Shown here: in pieces, positions 1 through 8,791 of the stretch
Position numbering within the stretch: position 1 is the first letter of the stretch
Layout of the letters: each line of letters opens with the position of its first letter
Assembly: GCA_963773285.1 (NCBI GenBank)
Contig: CAVZAM010000036.1
Span: 80,605-144,604, forward strand
Source of the DNA: an uncultured delta proteobacterium
Lineage (GTDB): Bacteria > Desulfobacterota > Desulfobaccia > Desulfobaccales > 0-14-0-80-60-11
Direction of reading: 5' to 3'
Length of the DNA stretch: 64,000 nucleotides
Translations under genes and position numbers: made by a program
Notes under the pieces: generated by a model
Told to the model about the DNA's origin: nothing
Database searches by the model: none
Seen by the model: only the letters and a program-made list of their open reading frames with translations

Positions 1-89
1 AAGTAGAAAAAAGTATAAGGAGAGGCTCAGAATCCCCCGCTCATGCGCCCCTTCTTCCCCTGAGCCGGATACAGCCCTGCCCACAAATT

Positions 90-1406
90 ATGCCAAATTT
101 TCAGGTGGTCACCTTCGGGTGCAAAGTCAATCAGTACGAGTCGGCGTGGATGTCCGAGGTGTTGGCGGACGCGGGCTTTTCTTCCCGGCCCTCCCAGGCC
201 GCTCCGGACCTTATCCTGGTCAACACCTGCACAGTGACCGCCCGGGCCGACCAGCAGGCCCGCCAGACCATGCGCCGGCTGGCCCGGCAATATCCCCGGG
301 CGGAGTTTTGGGTCACCGGCTGTTACGCCCAGCGTTCCCCGGAGACGCTGGTCTTGCTTCCCGGGGTGGCCAGGGTCTTCGGCAACCGGGAGAAGGCCGG
401 GCTGGCAGAGATGGTGCCTACCCGATGTGAGCCTCCCGGTCCCCAGGTTCGGGTGGCAGGGTTTGAGGCCCTGGAACCCTTTCAGGCCTGCCAGGTCCGC
501 CGCTTTCCGGGCCATACCCGGGCCTGGCTCAAAATCCAGGACGGTTGCAGCCACGCCTGCAGCTATTGCATTGTGCCCGCGGTCCGGGGCCCTGGCCGCA
601 GCCTCCCCTGGGCGGCCGTGCAGTCATCCCTTGAGACCCTGGCGGCCAGCGGTTTTGAGGAAGTGGTCCTCACCGGCATCGATCTCGGCCAATACGGCAG
701 GGATTTCGGTGCCGGGGAAAACCTCGCCCGCCTCCTGGTGCAGCTATCCCGCCACGACTGGCCCTTCCGCTGGCGCCTCAGCTCCCTTGAACCCCAGGAG
801 ATCAGCCATGAACTCCTGCGTACCCTGGCAACCTTGCCCCATCTCTGCCCGCACTTCCATCTGCCCCTGCAAAGCGGGTCCGGGGCGGTTCTGAGGGACA
901 TGGGGCGCCCTTACCAACCCGGGGACTTCCGGGACCTGGTCATGGAACTGCACCGGCTCTTCCCCGAAGCCGCCCTGGGACTGGACGTCCTGGTGGGCTA
1001 TCCCCGGGAGACCGCCGCCGACTTCGAGGCCACCCGGGCCCTGGTGGAGGCCCTGCCGGTGGCCTACCTGCACGTCTTCCCTTTTTCCCCCCGGCCCGGC
1101 ACCCCGGCCTGCGGTTTACCCCCCCTCCCTGGAAAGGAGGTTGTGCTTCGAGCCCAGGTTATGCGAGATCTAGGCCAGGCTAAAAAGGCGGCATTTCACC
1201 AGGCTCAGGTCGGCAGGGTGGGCGAGGTGCTGGTGGAGGGTCAGGTTAAGGGGCGGCCCGGGTGGCTCAACGGTCTGGCCGCCAATTACGCCAGGGTGAT
1301 CCTGCCGGGCCCGGCGGCGTGGCGGAACCGGCGGGTCCAGGTCCGTTTCCAGGAGGTCAAAGAGGAGCACCTGGTGGGTAAAGTAATTACTTCAGAGGCA
1401 AAGTAA
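90..1406 (+). CDS. mtaB: MiaB/MtaB-family radical-SAM tRNA methylthiotransferase
   Basis: 438-aa ORF. N-terminal 'VVTFGCKVNQYES', radical-SAM 'CSHACSYCIVP' (CxxxCxxC), and a C-terminal TRAM-like segment 'GRVGEVLVEG...'. Confidence 0.85.
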   Translation: MPNFQVVTFGCKVNQYESAWMSEVLADAGFSSRPSQAAPDLILVNTCTVTARADQQARQTMRRLARQYPRAEFWVTGCYAQRSPETLVLLPGVARVFGNREKAGLAEMVPTRCEPPGPQVRVAGFEALEPFQACQVRRFPGHTRAWLKIQDGCSHACSYCIVPAVRGPGRSLPWAAVQSSLETLAASGFEEVVLTGIDLGQYGRDFGAGENLARLLVQLSRHDWPFRWRLSSLEPQEISHELLRTLATLPHLCPHFHLPLQSGSGAVLRDMGRPYQPGDFRDLVMELHRLFPEAALGLDVLVGYPRETAADFEATRALVEALPVAYLHVFPFSPRPGTPACGLPPLPGKEVVLRAQVMRDLGQAKKAAFHQAQVGRVGEVLVEGQVKGRPGWLNGLAANYARVILPGPAAWRNRRVQVRFQEVKEEHLVGKVITSEAK

Positions 1407-1412
1407 TTACTT
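1381..1412. repeat. Two copies of the perfect 12-bp palindrome AAGTAATTACTT, 20 bp apart (1381-1392, 1401-1412), overlapping the mtaB stop codon
   Basis: Read directly from the sequence. The palindrome core TAATTA supplies a TAA stop on either strand. Confidence 0.7.
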
Positions 1413-1565
1413 TACGTCCAAGGAGCAGCTTGCTTTCGTGGGATGGTGCAGGTCCTGCAGATTGGTGCGCGGTTTCCTTAGCAAAGGCAAGACATATAAA
1501 AAAACGCCCCCTGAATACTCCCCCGAATAGTACAGGGGGCGTCGCGGAAGAAGGCAAAGTAATTA
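1396..1565. repeat. 14-bp direct repeat AGGCAAAGTAATTA (1396-1409 and 1552-1565) bracketing the mtaB/lpxC convergent spacer
   Basis: Identical 14-mers. Copy 1 contains the mtaB stop (1404-1406). Copy 2 contains the lpxC stop (complement of 1563-1565). Confidence 0.7.
1495..1542 (-). terminator. Rho-independent terminator downstream of lpxC
   Basis: 10-bp stem ACGCCCCCTG/CAGGGGGCGT (1504-1513 / 1533-1542) with a 19-nt loop. On the minus strand it is followed by a T7 run (plus-strand A run 1498-1504). Confidence 0.6.
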
Positions 1566-2480
1566 GGCCGGAGCCCCCTGCCAGAAAGAGGCCGGCTCGA
1601 AGGCGCGCCGCGGGGCCCGGTTGTGGAGAGGCGGCACCCACAGGCGCCAGCAGTTTTCCTGGTCGATAAGGTGCTGCACGAACTGTTGATGGAGTTCGTG
1701 ACTGCCGCGGCTTACCTCCAGGCGTCCCAGAACAGGCATCCCCAGCAGGGCCAGGTCCCCCAGAACGTCCAGGATCTTGTGCCGCACGAATTCTTCAGGG
1801 TACCTCAAGCCTCCCGGGTTCATGACGCCGGTGTCGTCCAGGACCAGGGCATTATCCAGGGAGCCTCCCCTGGCCAGTCCCCGGGATTGCAGGAACTGGA
1901 CTTCTTTTAAAAACCCGAAGGTCCGGGCCGCGGCAATCTCCCGGCGGAAGTGGTCGCTGTCCCAGGTCACGGTGTAACGCTGCCGCCTGATCAGCGGGTG
2001 GGGAAAATCGATGGCGTACATGATGCGAGGCTTACCCGGCACCACCCGGATCCAGCCGTCGCCATTGGACAGTTCCACCTGCTTGTGCACCACCAGGTAG
2101 GCCTTGGGCCAGGGCAGGGAGGTGGAGCCCGCCTCCGTCAGCAGGTCGACGAAAGGCTTGGCGCTGCCGTCCATGATGGGGATTTCCGGGCCGTTCACTT
2201 CAATAACGGCGTTGTCGATGCCCATCCCATAAAAAGCGGCGAGCAGGTGTTCCACCGTGGCCAGGGTGGCCGGGCCCTCCCCCAACGTCGTGGCCCGGGT
2301 CGTGTCCACTACCCGGCTGAAATGAGCCCGCACCTGGGGCCGGTCAGGCAAGTCGGTGCGGATGAACTTGAGGCCCTGATTGGCAGTAGCAGGATACATG
2401 GACATGGTTACCGGTTGCCCGGAGTGTAAACCGATGCCCGTGATCTTAATTGGATGTGCGATGGTCTTTTGCCAGATCAT
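1563..2480 (-). CDS. lpxC: UDP-3-O-acyl-N-acetylglucosamine deacetylase
   Basis: 'MIWQKTIAHPIKITGIGLHSGQPV', 'LKFIRTDL' and 'EFVRHKILDVLGDLALLG' are typical of LpxC. I prefer the internal ATG at 2480 (GGGGGAG SD upstream) to the track start at 2507. Confidence 0.9.
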   Translation of the reverse strand: MIWQKTIAHPIKITGIGLHSGQPVTMSMYPATANQGLKFIRTDLPDRPQVRAHFSRVVDTTRATTLGEGPATLATVEHLLAAFYGMGIDNAVIEVNGPEIPIMDGSAKPFVDLLTEAGSTSLPWPKAYLVVHKQVELSNGDGWIRVVPGKPRIMYAIDFPHPLIRRQRYTVTWDSDHFRREIAAARTFGFLKEVQFLQSRGLARGGSLDNALVLDDTGVMNPGGLRYPEEFVRHKILDVLGDLALLGMPVLGRLEVSRGSHELHQQFVQHLIDQENCWRLWVPPLHNRAPRRAFEPASFWQGAPA

Positions 2481-3461
2481 GTTCTCCCCCGCCCCGGGAT
2501 TCTGCAAGGGTCATACCACCCGTTTCCACAATTTTGCATAGGCAAGTATATGATATTGCTATTATATTTTTTGGCACAAAATGAGGCTGGCGTCTCCCTT
2601 GGCAGAAAAACCACAAACCCTCCCAACCCCGTGGCGTTAATGCCACATTTAAGTGCCCTCACGCCATCTGGAAAAAAGGGGGAGTTGCGCCGAAGATGCC
2701 TGAAAAACCTCTAGGGGAATTAGAGGTGCAGAATTATATCTTGGCGCTGCCCGGGAGTTGAGACCCTCCCCTTCACTCAGAATAATAAAACGGGTTTTAC
2801 CATGGGCCCCCGGCCAAACCCCGGCCAGGAGGCAGGCATGCGGGGACACCCTGCGGAGAAGCCCGGCGGGGGGTCGGCGATTCAAGCTGCCGCCCGGTCC
2901 TGGCTTTAAGAGAAACCCTAGGGATTAAGCCGCCGGAGATTAGTCGACGTTATAAATAGATTAACCGAGCAGACAAAAGCGGGGCATTTATCCCCAGGGA
3001 TGGAACAAAATTACCCATTCGACCTTTTGTTCATAAAGTCTTTTCCGCCCTCCTCAAGCCTGGCCGCCGGCTTTGCGACCCAAGCCTGCTTAACTAATTT
3101 AGCCATATTATCAAGAAATTAGCTCTCAATGACAACAAACCTGACAGTGTCTGTCGAGGTTTTGACACTTTTTCGAACTTGGCCCGACCTAATACTCACA
3201 AGCATTAAGAATAAATTTCACAAAAAAATTTTTCAACGAACTTGGTTCAGCCTGGGATAAGCCCAGCAAAACCAATAACTTAGTTCAACCATATTGTTTT
3301 TCTTATATATATTATTTTCAGCCTCTCCTCGCCCCATGCTTGTGCATTTTATGGTTTATTATCAGAATGTTAAAAATTTGAGAAAAAAGCCACAGGGTCT
3401 TGATTAATGAAGGGGGCATGGTTATTGCATATAATATACAACAGCGTAGGGGGGAGAGATT

Positions 3462-3650
3462 ATGCCATTGTACGAGTATCAATGTGTGGATTGTGGAAGC
3501 CAAGACCAACGTGTGGCTGGCTTGGACGACCATACGGCCATTTGCATAGCCTGCGAAGGCCTTATGCTTCGTCTCAACGAGGACGTGTTTCAGCCTTATT
3601 TCGAGGAGGTGAGCAAACCGGAAATCAAGGATAAGGCTTCAGGTTCGTAA
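3462..3650 (+). CDS. FmdB-family zinc-ribbon protein
   Basis: 'MPLYEYQCVDCG...' plus a second CxxC ('CIAC'). SD GGGGGGAGAG lies upstream and a terminator downstream. Confidence 0.7.
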   Translation: MPLYEYQCVDCGSQDQRVAGLDDHTAICIACEGLMLRLNEDVFQPYFEEVSKPEIKDKASGS

Positions 3651-3697
3651 TTCTTTTCCAGGAAGGCAGGTTTTCACCACCTGACCTGGTAGTGAAG

Positions 3698-3740
3698 GCG
3701 GGCTCGTTTCTCAAGAGGAGATGAGCTCGCTCTTTTTTTT
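3698..3740 (+). terminator. Rho-independent terminator after the FmdB-like gene
   Basis: Stem GCGGGCTC/GAGCTCGC (one G-U pair) followed by TCTTTTTTTT (3731-3740). Confidence 0.6.
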
Positions 3741-3925
3741 GGGGGGGATATTGCCGCCTCTTGCACGAAAGGACTACGCCAGTGCTTTTTTTCCTAATTT
3801 AACTTTATCGGGGCGCCCGTAACGAAAAACGCGACCCGAAGACAGGGCTACCGGGCCGCGAGAGGAGAGACAATTTTTAAAGACGTATCAATGCATGCGA
3901 AACCCTTGCTGGCTTCGACCAGGGG

Positions 3926-4507
3926 TCAGTTGCACGCTTTGGCCGGAACGCCGGCAATGTTTAAGCCCAGAGATTCGCTGATGAACTGGTCCACCAGGGA
4001 ATTTACCGTGTTATAAAGCCCGGACCAGTCGACCCCCCGGCCATCGCTGCGGGCGTCGCCGATGGCCTCCCGGCACCAGGTCATGCGCATGGCATTGGCG
4101 GACGGGGCGCCGGCCAGGGTCATCTTCTGCACATAAAATACTTCCACGCTGAAGACATAGAAGGACGGGTTCACTTGGGCTTGGTCGGCGTGCAGGAGCA
4201 CCCCGAGGCAGGGGTACAGGGGGATCTGCTGCCCGTGGTGCTGCTGCGGGACCGGCAGGCCTGCCTGAGCCAGCTTTTTTTCCACCCGGGCCCAGAGGAA
4301 TTCCCGGTCCAGGCCATCAGCCGCCAGGGCGGGGTCCACCTGGGAGACCCACACGTGAATCCCCGGAAAGCCCACCAGGGATTCGGGGATTATCGGTTTA
4401 GCTTCAGGAGATCCTTGCCGCTTGATTTTCAGCATCCCATCCATAATCTGACCCATTCTGCCTCGTTCTCGGGGCGGTGGTTTTTGGGAGGGCGTACCGT
4501 TCAGCAT
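3926..4507 (-). CDS. Hypothetical protein
   Basis: 193-aa ORF with non-repetitive composition. I recognise no family, and the start is uncertain. Confidence 0.4.
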   Translation of the reverse strand: MLNGTPSQKPPPRERGRMGQIMDGMLKIKRQGSPEAKPIIPESLVGFPGIHVWVSQVDPALAADGLDREFLWARVEKKLAQAGLPVPQQHHGQQIPLYPCLGVLLHADQAQVNPSFYVFSVEVFYVQKMTLAGAPSANAMRMTWCREAIGDARSDGRGVDWSGLYNTVNSLVDQFISESLGLNIAGVPAKACN

Positions 4508-4549
4508 CCGGGAAGCATCACACCCGAAGACTGTCTGAAATTATGGACT

Positions 4550-4591
4550 TTACAAAAAAAAAGAAAATCGGGGTAAACCTGAAATTTACCC
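4550..4591 (-). terminator. Rho-independent terminator downstream of the response-regulator gene
   Basis: On the minus strand: GGGTAAA-TTTCAGG-TTTACCC, then CGATTTTCTTTTTTTTT. Confidence 0.5.
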
Positions 4592-4660
4592 TCGGAAACC
4601 CTTATTGAGGGATGCGGCGGCCGGCAGTGCGGTGGTTAAGTCGGTGAGAAGCGGAGTGGA

Positions 4661-5344
4661 TCAGGGTTCCAGGGAAGTGAGCCCTTCCCGGATGGCGTAC
4701 TTGGTGAGCTCGGCGACACTGCGAATGCCCAGCTTGTGCATGATCTGCTGGCGATGGGTCTCCACCGTCTTGACGCTGATGGCCAGAAGCTCGGCAATCT
4801 GGCTGGTGCTTTTGCCTTCCGCCATGAGCTGCAAAACCTCGCGTTCCCGGGCGGTCAGCAGGGAAAACGCGGTTTGCGCCGGGCCGGGGACCCGGTGCAC
4901 ATAATCTTTCACCACGATCTCCGCCACCCCCGGGCTCAAATAGGTTTTGTTGGCCATGACCAGGCGGATGGCCTGGGCCAGTTCCTCGAAGGCGCAGTCC
5001 TTGAGGAGATAGCCGTGGGCCCCGGCCTTGAGCATGTTGATGACAAAGCGGCGGTCAGCATGCATGGACAAGGCGATGACCTTCATCTCCGGATAATCCG
5101 TGAGTATCTGGCGGGTTGCCTCGATGCCGTTCAAATCAGGCATGTTGACGTCCATAATGACGACGTCGGGGGTGAGTTCCTGGACCAGGATGACGGTCTT
5201 GCGGCCGTCTTCGGCCTCCGCCACGACCTCCATGTCCGGTTCCTTTTCCAGGAGGGTCTTGAGGCCCTGGCGCAGGATCTGGTGGTCATCGGCAATAATA
5301 ATGCGGATGACCTTGTCCTTCTCCTCGTTATTACTATTACTGAT
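4661..5344 (-). CDS. NarL/FixJ-family response regulator (receiver + LuxR HTH)
   Basis: 'VVIMDVNMPDLNG', 'KVIALSMH', and the HTH 'LTAREREVLQLMAEGKSTSQIAELLAISVKTVETHR'. The receiver N-terminus 'KVIRIIIADDHQILRQGLKTLL' lies upstream of the first ATG (5233). The frame is open back to a TAA, and the only plausible starts are ATC 5344 (GGAGG 6 nt upstream) or a CTG. Confidence 0.8.
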   Translation of the reverse strand: MSNSNNEEKDKVIRIIIADDHQILRQGLKTLLEKEPDMEVVAEAEDGRKTVILVQELTPDVVIMDVNMPDLNGIEATRQILTDYPEMKVIALSMHADRRFVINMLKAGAHGYLLKDCAFEELAQAIRLVMANKTYLSPGVAEIVVKDYVHRVPGPAQTAFSLLTAREREVLQLMAEGKSTSQIAELLAISVKTVETHRQQIMHKLGIRSVAELTKYAIREGLTSLEP

Positions 5345-5670
5345 GGCTAACCTCCGGGGTTTCAGGAGACTCAGGCCTCCCCTCTGATTGATTTATCGTT
5401 GCCGCGTCCCATCGTTTTTTTAGTCCTGCCGTTGCCCCTGAAAGTCAGGAAAGACAAATTAGGGCCAGAAGTCAACAAATTATACCTTCTTTTCTTCATA
5501 TTGAAAAGCTAATTCATGGACTCGGGCCTGGCAAATTTTAGCCATACGGCTCACGATAATCCTGAGTATTCACTAAGGATTATAGAAGATCAATCTCATG
5601 AAAGCAAAGAAATTATTGCAGGCACGGCCGAGGTTGGCGCCCATAAAAAAATGTGCTAACGTGGGGCGCC

Positions 5671-7077
5671 ATGGAATTGGTCGCCGATTTTCACGTCCAC
5701 TCCCGGTACTCCATCGCCACCGGCCAGAACGCCAACCTGCAGCACCTGGACCTGTGGGGCCGCTATAAGGGGCTCAGCGTGGTGGGCACGGGTGATTGCA
5801 CCCACCCGGGGTGGCTGGGCGAACTCAAATCCCAGCTGACGCCGGTGGGGGAAGGGGTTTACGGTTTAAGGGAGGATCTGGCCCTGCCCCTGCAGGTCTC
5901 CGGGCCCCGCTGGGACGAGGCCCGGCCGGTGCGCTTCGTGGTTACCGGGGAAGTGAGCGCCATTTACAGCAAAGGCGGCCGGGTCCGCAAGGTGCACCTG
6001 CTCCTGATTCTCTCCGGGCTGGAGGGGGCCGAGCGCCTGTCGGCGCGCCTGGGACAGCTGGGGAACGTGGTGGCGGATGGGCGCCCCATCCTCGGCCTGG
6101 ACGCCAAGTACATTCTGGAACTGACCCTGGAGGCCGACCCCGAGGCCCTGGTGATCCCGGCCCACGTCTGGACCCCCTGGTTTTCGGTGTTGGGGGCCAA
6201 AAGCGGCTTTGACACCCTGGAGGAATGTTTCGAGGATTACACCGGGCAGATTTACGCCCTGGAGACGGGGCTGTCTTCCGATCCCCCCATGAACTGGCGG
6301 GTGAGCGGCCTTGACCGGTATCTGCTGGTGTCCAACTCCGACGCCCACTCGCCCCAGAAGCTGGCCCGGGAGGCGAATCTGTTCACGGTGCCCCCCACCT
6401 ATCCCGACCTGGCCCGGGCTATTCGCAGCCAGGAGGGTTTTGCCGGGACCATCGAATTTTTCCCCGAGGAAGGCAAGTACCACCTGGACGGCCACCGCAA
6501 GTGCGGGCAGAGGCTCACCCCGGACGAGTCCCGCAAGGCAGGCGGGCACTGCCCCCAGTGTCACAAGCCCCTGACCCTGGGGGTGATGCACCGGGTCATG
6601 GAGTTGGCTGACCGTCCTATGGGCAGCACCACCCCCGGGGGAAAGCCCTTCGAGTCCCTGATTGCGCTCCCATCTATACTGGGAGAGGTGGTGGAATGCG
6701 GGGCCGCCAGCAAAAAGGTGGAGCGCCTTTATTTCCGCCTGCTGGAAAAGTTGGGGCCGGAGTTGGAGATTCTGCGGCGGCTACCCCTTCCTGACGTGGC
6801 CCGGGAGGGCGGGGAACTCCTGGCTTATGCCCTGGGCAAGATGCGCCGGGGGGAGGTGCATATCAACCCGGGCTATGACGGCCTCTTCGGGGAAATCGCT
6901 CTCCTGACCCCCGAGGAGCGCCGGCGCTTCTACGGGCCAGAGCGCCTTCTGGAGCACCCCGGCCCCGTCCCCCAAGGCGGCCAAGGCCCTCCCCGAGGCT
7001 CCTGCCGGGGACGGCAAAACCACCGCGGCCCAGTCCAAGCTGGCGCCTGCGTCCAGCCTCGCGGCCGAAGAGCATGA
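5671..7077 (+). CDS. Endonuclease-Q-like PHP-domain nuclease (TIGR00375-type); the 3' end is probably out of frame
   Basis: 'ADFHVHSRYSIATG', 'NSDAHSP', and the Zn-ribbon 'CGQRL...HCPQCHKPLTLGV'. The translation after about 6969 turns Arg/Gly-rich and looks like junk. Confidence 0.7.
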   Translation: MELVADFHVHSRYSIATGQNANLQHLDLWGRYKGLSVVGTGDCTHPGWLGELKSQLTPVGEGVYGLREDLALPLQVSGPRWDEARPVRFVVTGEVSAIYSKGGRVRKVHLLLILSGLEGAERLSARLGQLGNVVADGRPILGLDAKYILELTLEADPEALVIPAHVWTPWFSVLGAKSGFDTLEECFEDYTGQIYALETGLSSDPPMNWRVSGLDRYLLVSNSDAHSPQKLAREANLFTVPPTYPDLARAIRSQEGFAGTIEFFPEEGKYHLDGHRKCGQRLTPDESRKAGGHCPQCHKPLTLGVMHRVMELADRPMGSTTPGGKPFESLIALPSILGEVVECGAASKKVERLYFRLLEKLGPELEILRRLPLPDVAREGGELLAYALGKMRRGEVHINPGYDGLFGEIALLTPEERRRFYGPERLLEHPGPVPQGGQGPPRGSCRGRQNHRGPVQAGACVQPRGRRA

Positions 7078-7114
7078 CGACCCGCTCCTGTCCAGCCTTA
7101 ACGAGGCGCAGCGG

Positions 7115-8656
7115 TTGGCCGTGACGCACCGGGGCGCGCCCGTGATGGTCCAGGCCGGGCCCGGCACCGGCAAGACCCGGGCCCTGACCCACCGCCTGGC
7201 TTATCTATTGCAAAGCCGGCAGGCGCCCCCGGAAAGCATCCTGGCCCTCACTTTCACCCGCCAGGCCGCCCGGGAAATGGCCAGCCGGGTACAGGCCCTG
7301 CTGCCCGGCTTCCCCGGCCTCGACCGCTGCACCCTGGGCACCTTTCACTCCCTGGGCCTCAAAATTTTAGCTGAACACGGCTCGCACCGGGCCGTGGCGG
7401 ACGAGGAGAAGCGGCGGGCCCTGCTCAAGGAGGTGGCCCGGGATTTCAGCCTGCCGGTCGCCCGGCTGGACCGCCAGATCAGCGCCGCCAAGCAAGGCCT
7501 TTACAGCCCGGGGGATCTCCTGCCGGGTGAAGACCTGCCCCCCGCCCAGGCCTTTCTGGCCTACGAGGCCCTCCTGGAGGGGGAACAGTTGTGGGACTAT
7601 GAGGACCTGCTGGCCCGGCCCCTGCGGCTCTTAAGGGACAACCCTGATGTGCGCCGGGCTTACCAGGGGCGCTGCCGCCACCTCCTGGTGGACGAGTACC
7701 AGGACCTGAACGAAGCCCAGTATCGCTTGATTAGAGCCCTGGCGGGGCCGGAGGCCGAGATCATGGTCATCGGCGACCCCCACCAGGCCATTTACGGCTT
7801 CAGGGGGGCTCGTCCGGAGTATTTCTCCCGCTTTAAGGAGGACTGGCCCGGGGCCTTGACCATCAGCTTCACTGAGACCTACCGCCTGCCCCCGCCCCTC
7901 CTGGCAGCCTCCCAACGTCTGCTCGCCAACCCCGGTGATGGCCCCCAGGTGAGCCGCCGGGAGGGGGATTTGCCCCTGGTGCTCCTGGAGGCGGCTTCCC
8001 CCCGGGAGGAGGCCCGCCTCATTGCCCGTCAGATCGAGGCCCTGGTGGGGGGCCTGGACCACCGGTCCCTGGAGGATGACGGCCTGCGCTACCAGGACCA
8101 GGCATCTCACGTGGGCTTTAAGGACGTGGCCGTGCTGTACCGCATCCATGCTCTGGGCCCCGAGCTTTATGAAGCCCTCACTGCGGCCGGGCTCCCCTGC
8201 GAACTGGCCCGGGAGGGGGTGGGCCCCGAAGTCACCAATATCGACCTGGCCGCACAACGGGTCAAGCTCCTCACCCTGCACGCCGCCAAGGGCCTGGAAT
8301 TTCCCTATGTTTTCATAGCCGGCTGCGAAGCCGGTCTTGTGCCCCTGGAGGCGGCGGGCCTCGAACCGGGGGACCCGGAGGAGGAGCGCCGGCTGTTTTA
8401 CGTGGGGCTGACCAGGGCCCAACGCCAGGTCTTCCTCACCCGGGCGAAGAGCCGCACCCTGTGGGGCAGAAAAACCCGGACCGCGCTCTCACCCCTGGCT
8501 GAGGCAGTGCAGCCGGTCCGCTGCCAGCCGACAAGTAAAACCACGGCCTCCGGACAACGGGCCCTGTTTCCGGAGTTGCGGCCAACCAAGACCCAGCGCG
8601 GCCGGCGGCGGTCTCAGGGGTCAATTTTCCCCACTGTCCCCGACGAATCTACCTAG
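7115..8656 (+). CDS. Compact UvrD/PcrA-like superfamily-1 helicase
   Basis: 'AGPGTGKT', 'LLVDEYQDLN', 'VIGDPHQAIYGFRGA', 'TLHAAKGLEFPYVFI', 'LFYVGLTRAQ'. The conserved 'LNEAQRLAV' lies upstream of the first usable start (TTG 7115). That frame is open from 6908 and contains no ATG or GTG. Confidence 0.8.
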   Translation: MAVTHRGAPVMVQAGPGTGKTRALTHRLAYLLQSRQAPPESILALTFTRQAAREMASRVQALLPGFPGLDRCTLGTFHSLGLKILAEHGSHRAVADEEKRRALLKEVARDFSLPVARLDRQISAAKQGLYSPGDLLPGEDLPPAQAFLAYEALLEGEQLWDYEDLLARPLRLLRDNPDVRRAYQGRCRHLLVDEYQDLNEAQYRLIRALAGPEAEIMVIGDPHQAIYGFRGARPEYFSRFKEDWPGALTISFTETYRLPPPLLAASQRLLANPGDGPQVSRREGDLPLVLLEAASPREEARLIARQIEALVGGLDHRSLEDDGLRYQDQASHVGFKDVAVLYRIHALGPELYEALTAAGLPCELAREGVGPEVTNIDLAAQRVKLLTLHAAKGLEFPYVFIAGCEAGLVPLEAAGLEPGDPEEERRLFYVGLTRAQRQVFLTRAKSRTLWGRKTRTALSPLAEAVQPVRCQPTSKTTASGQRALFPELRPTKTQRGRRRSQGSIFPTVPDEST

Positions 8657-8707
8657 CCTTGCCCCTCCCGGCCCTGCCTAAAGCCGGTCCATCCGACTCC
8701 CGGCATC

Positions 8708-8736
8708 TTGACGGCAACCCCAGCCATTACTATCTT
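8708..8736 (+). promoter_or_regulatory. Candidate sigma-70 promoter (TTGACG-N17-TATCTT)
   Basis: Hexamers at 8708-8713 and 8731-8736, about 55 nt upstream of ATG 8792. Confidence 0.35.
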
Positions 8737-8791
8737 CTTATCACAACTTAATATTTTCCTGACTACATCGGCCTGCGCCCGGGGGAGCTGC

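Noticed and set aside
2860-2905. T-loop-like sequence GGTCGGCGATTCAAGCTGCCGCC, considered as a tRNA or tmRNA 3' end.
   Set aside because: The putative T-stem does not pair properly. There is no acceptor stem, no CCA context, and no tmRNA 5' GGGG..TTCGAC partner nearby.
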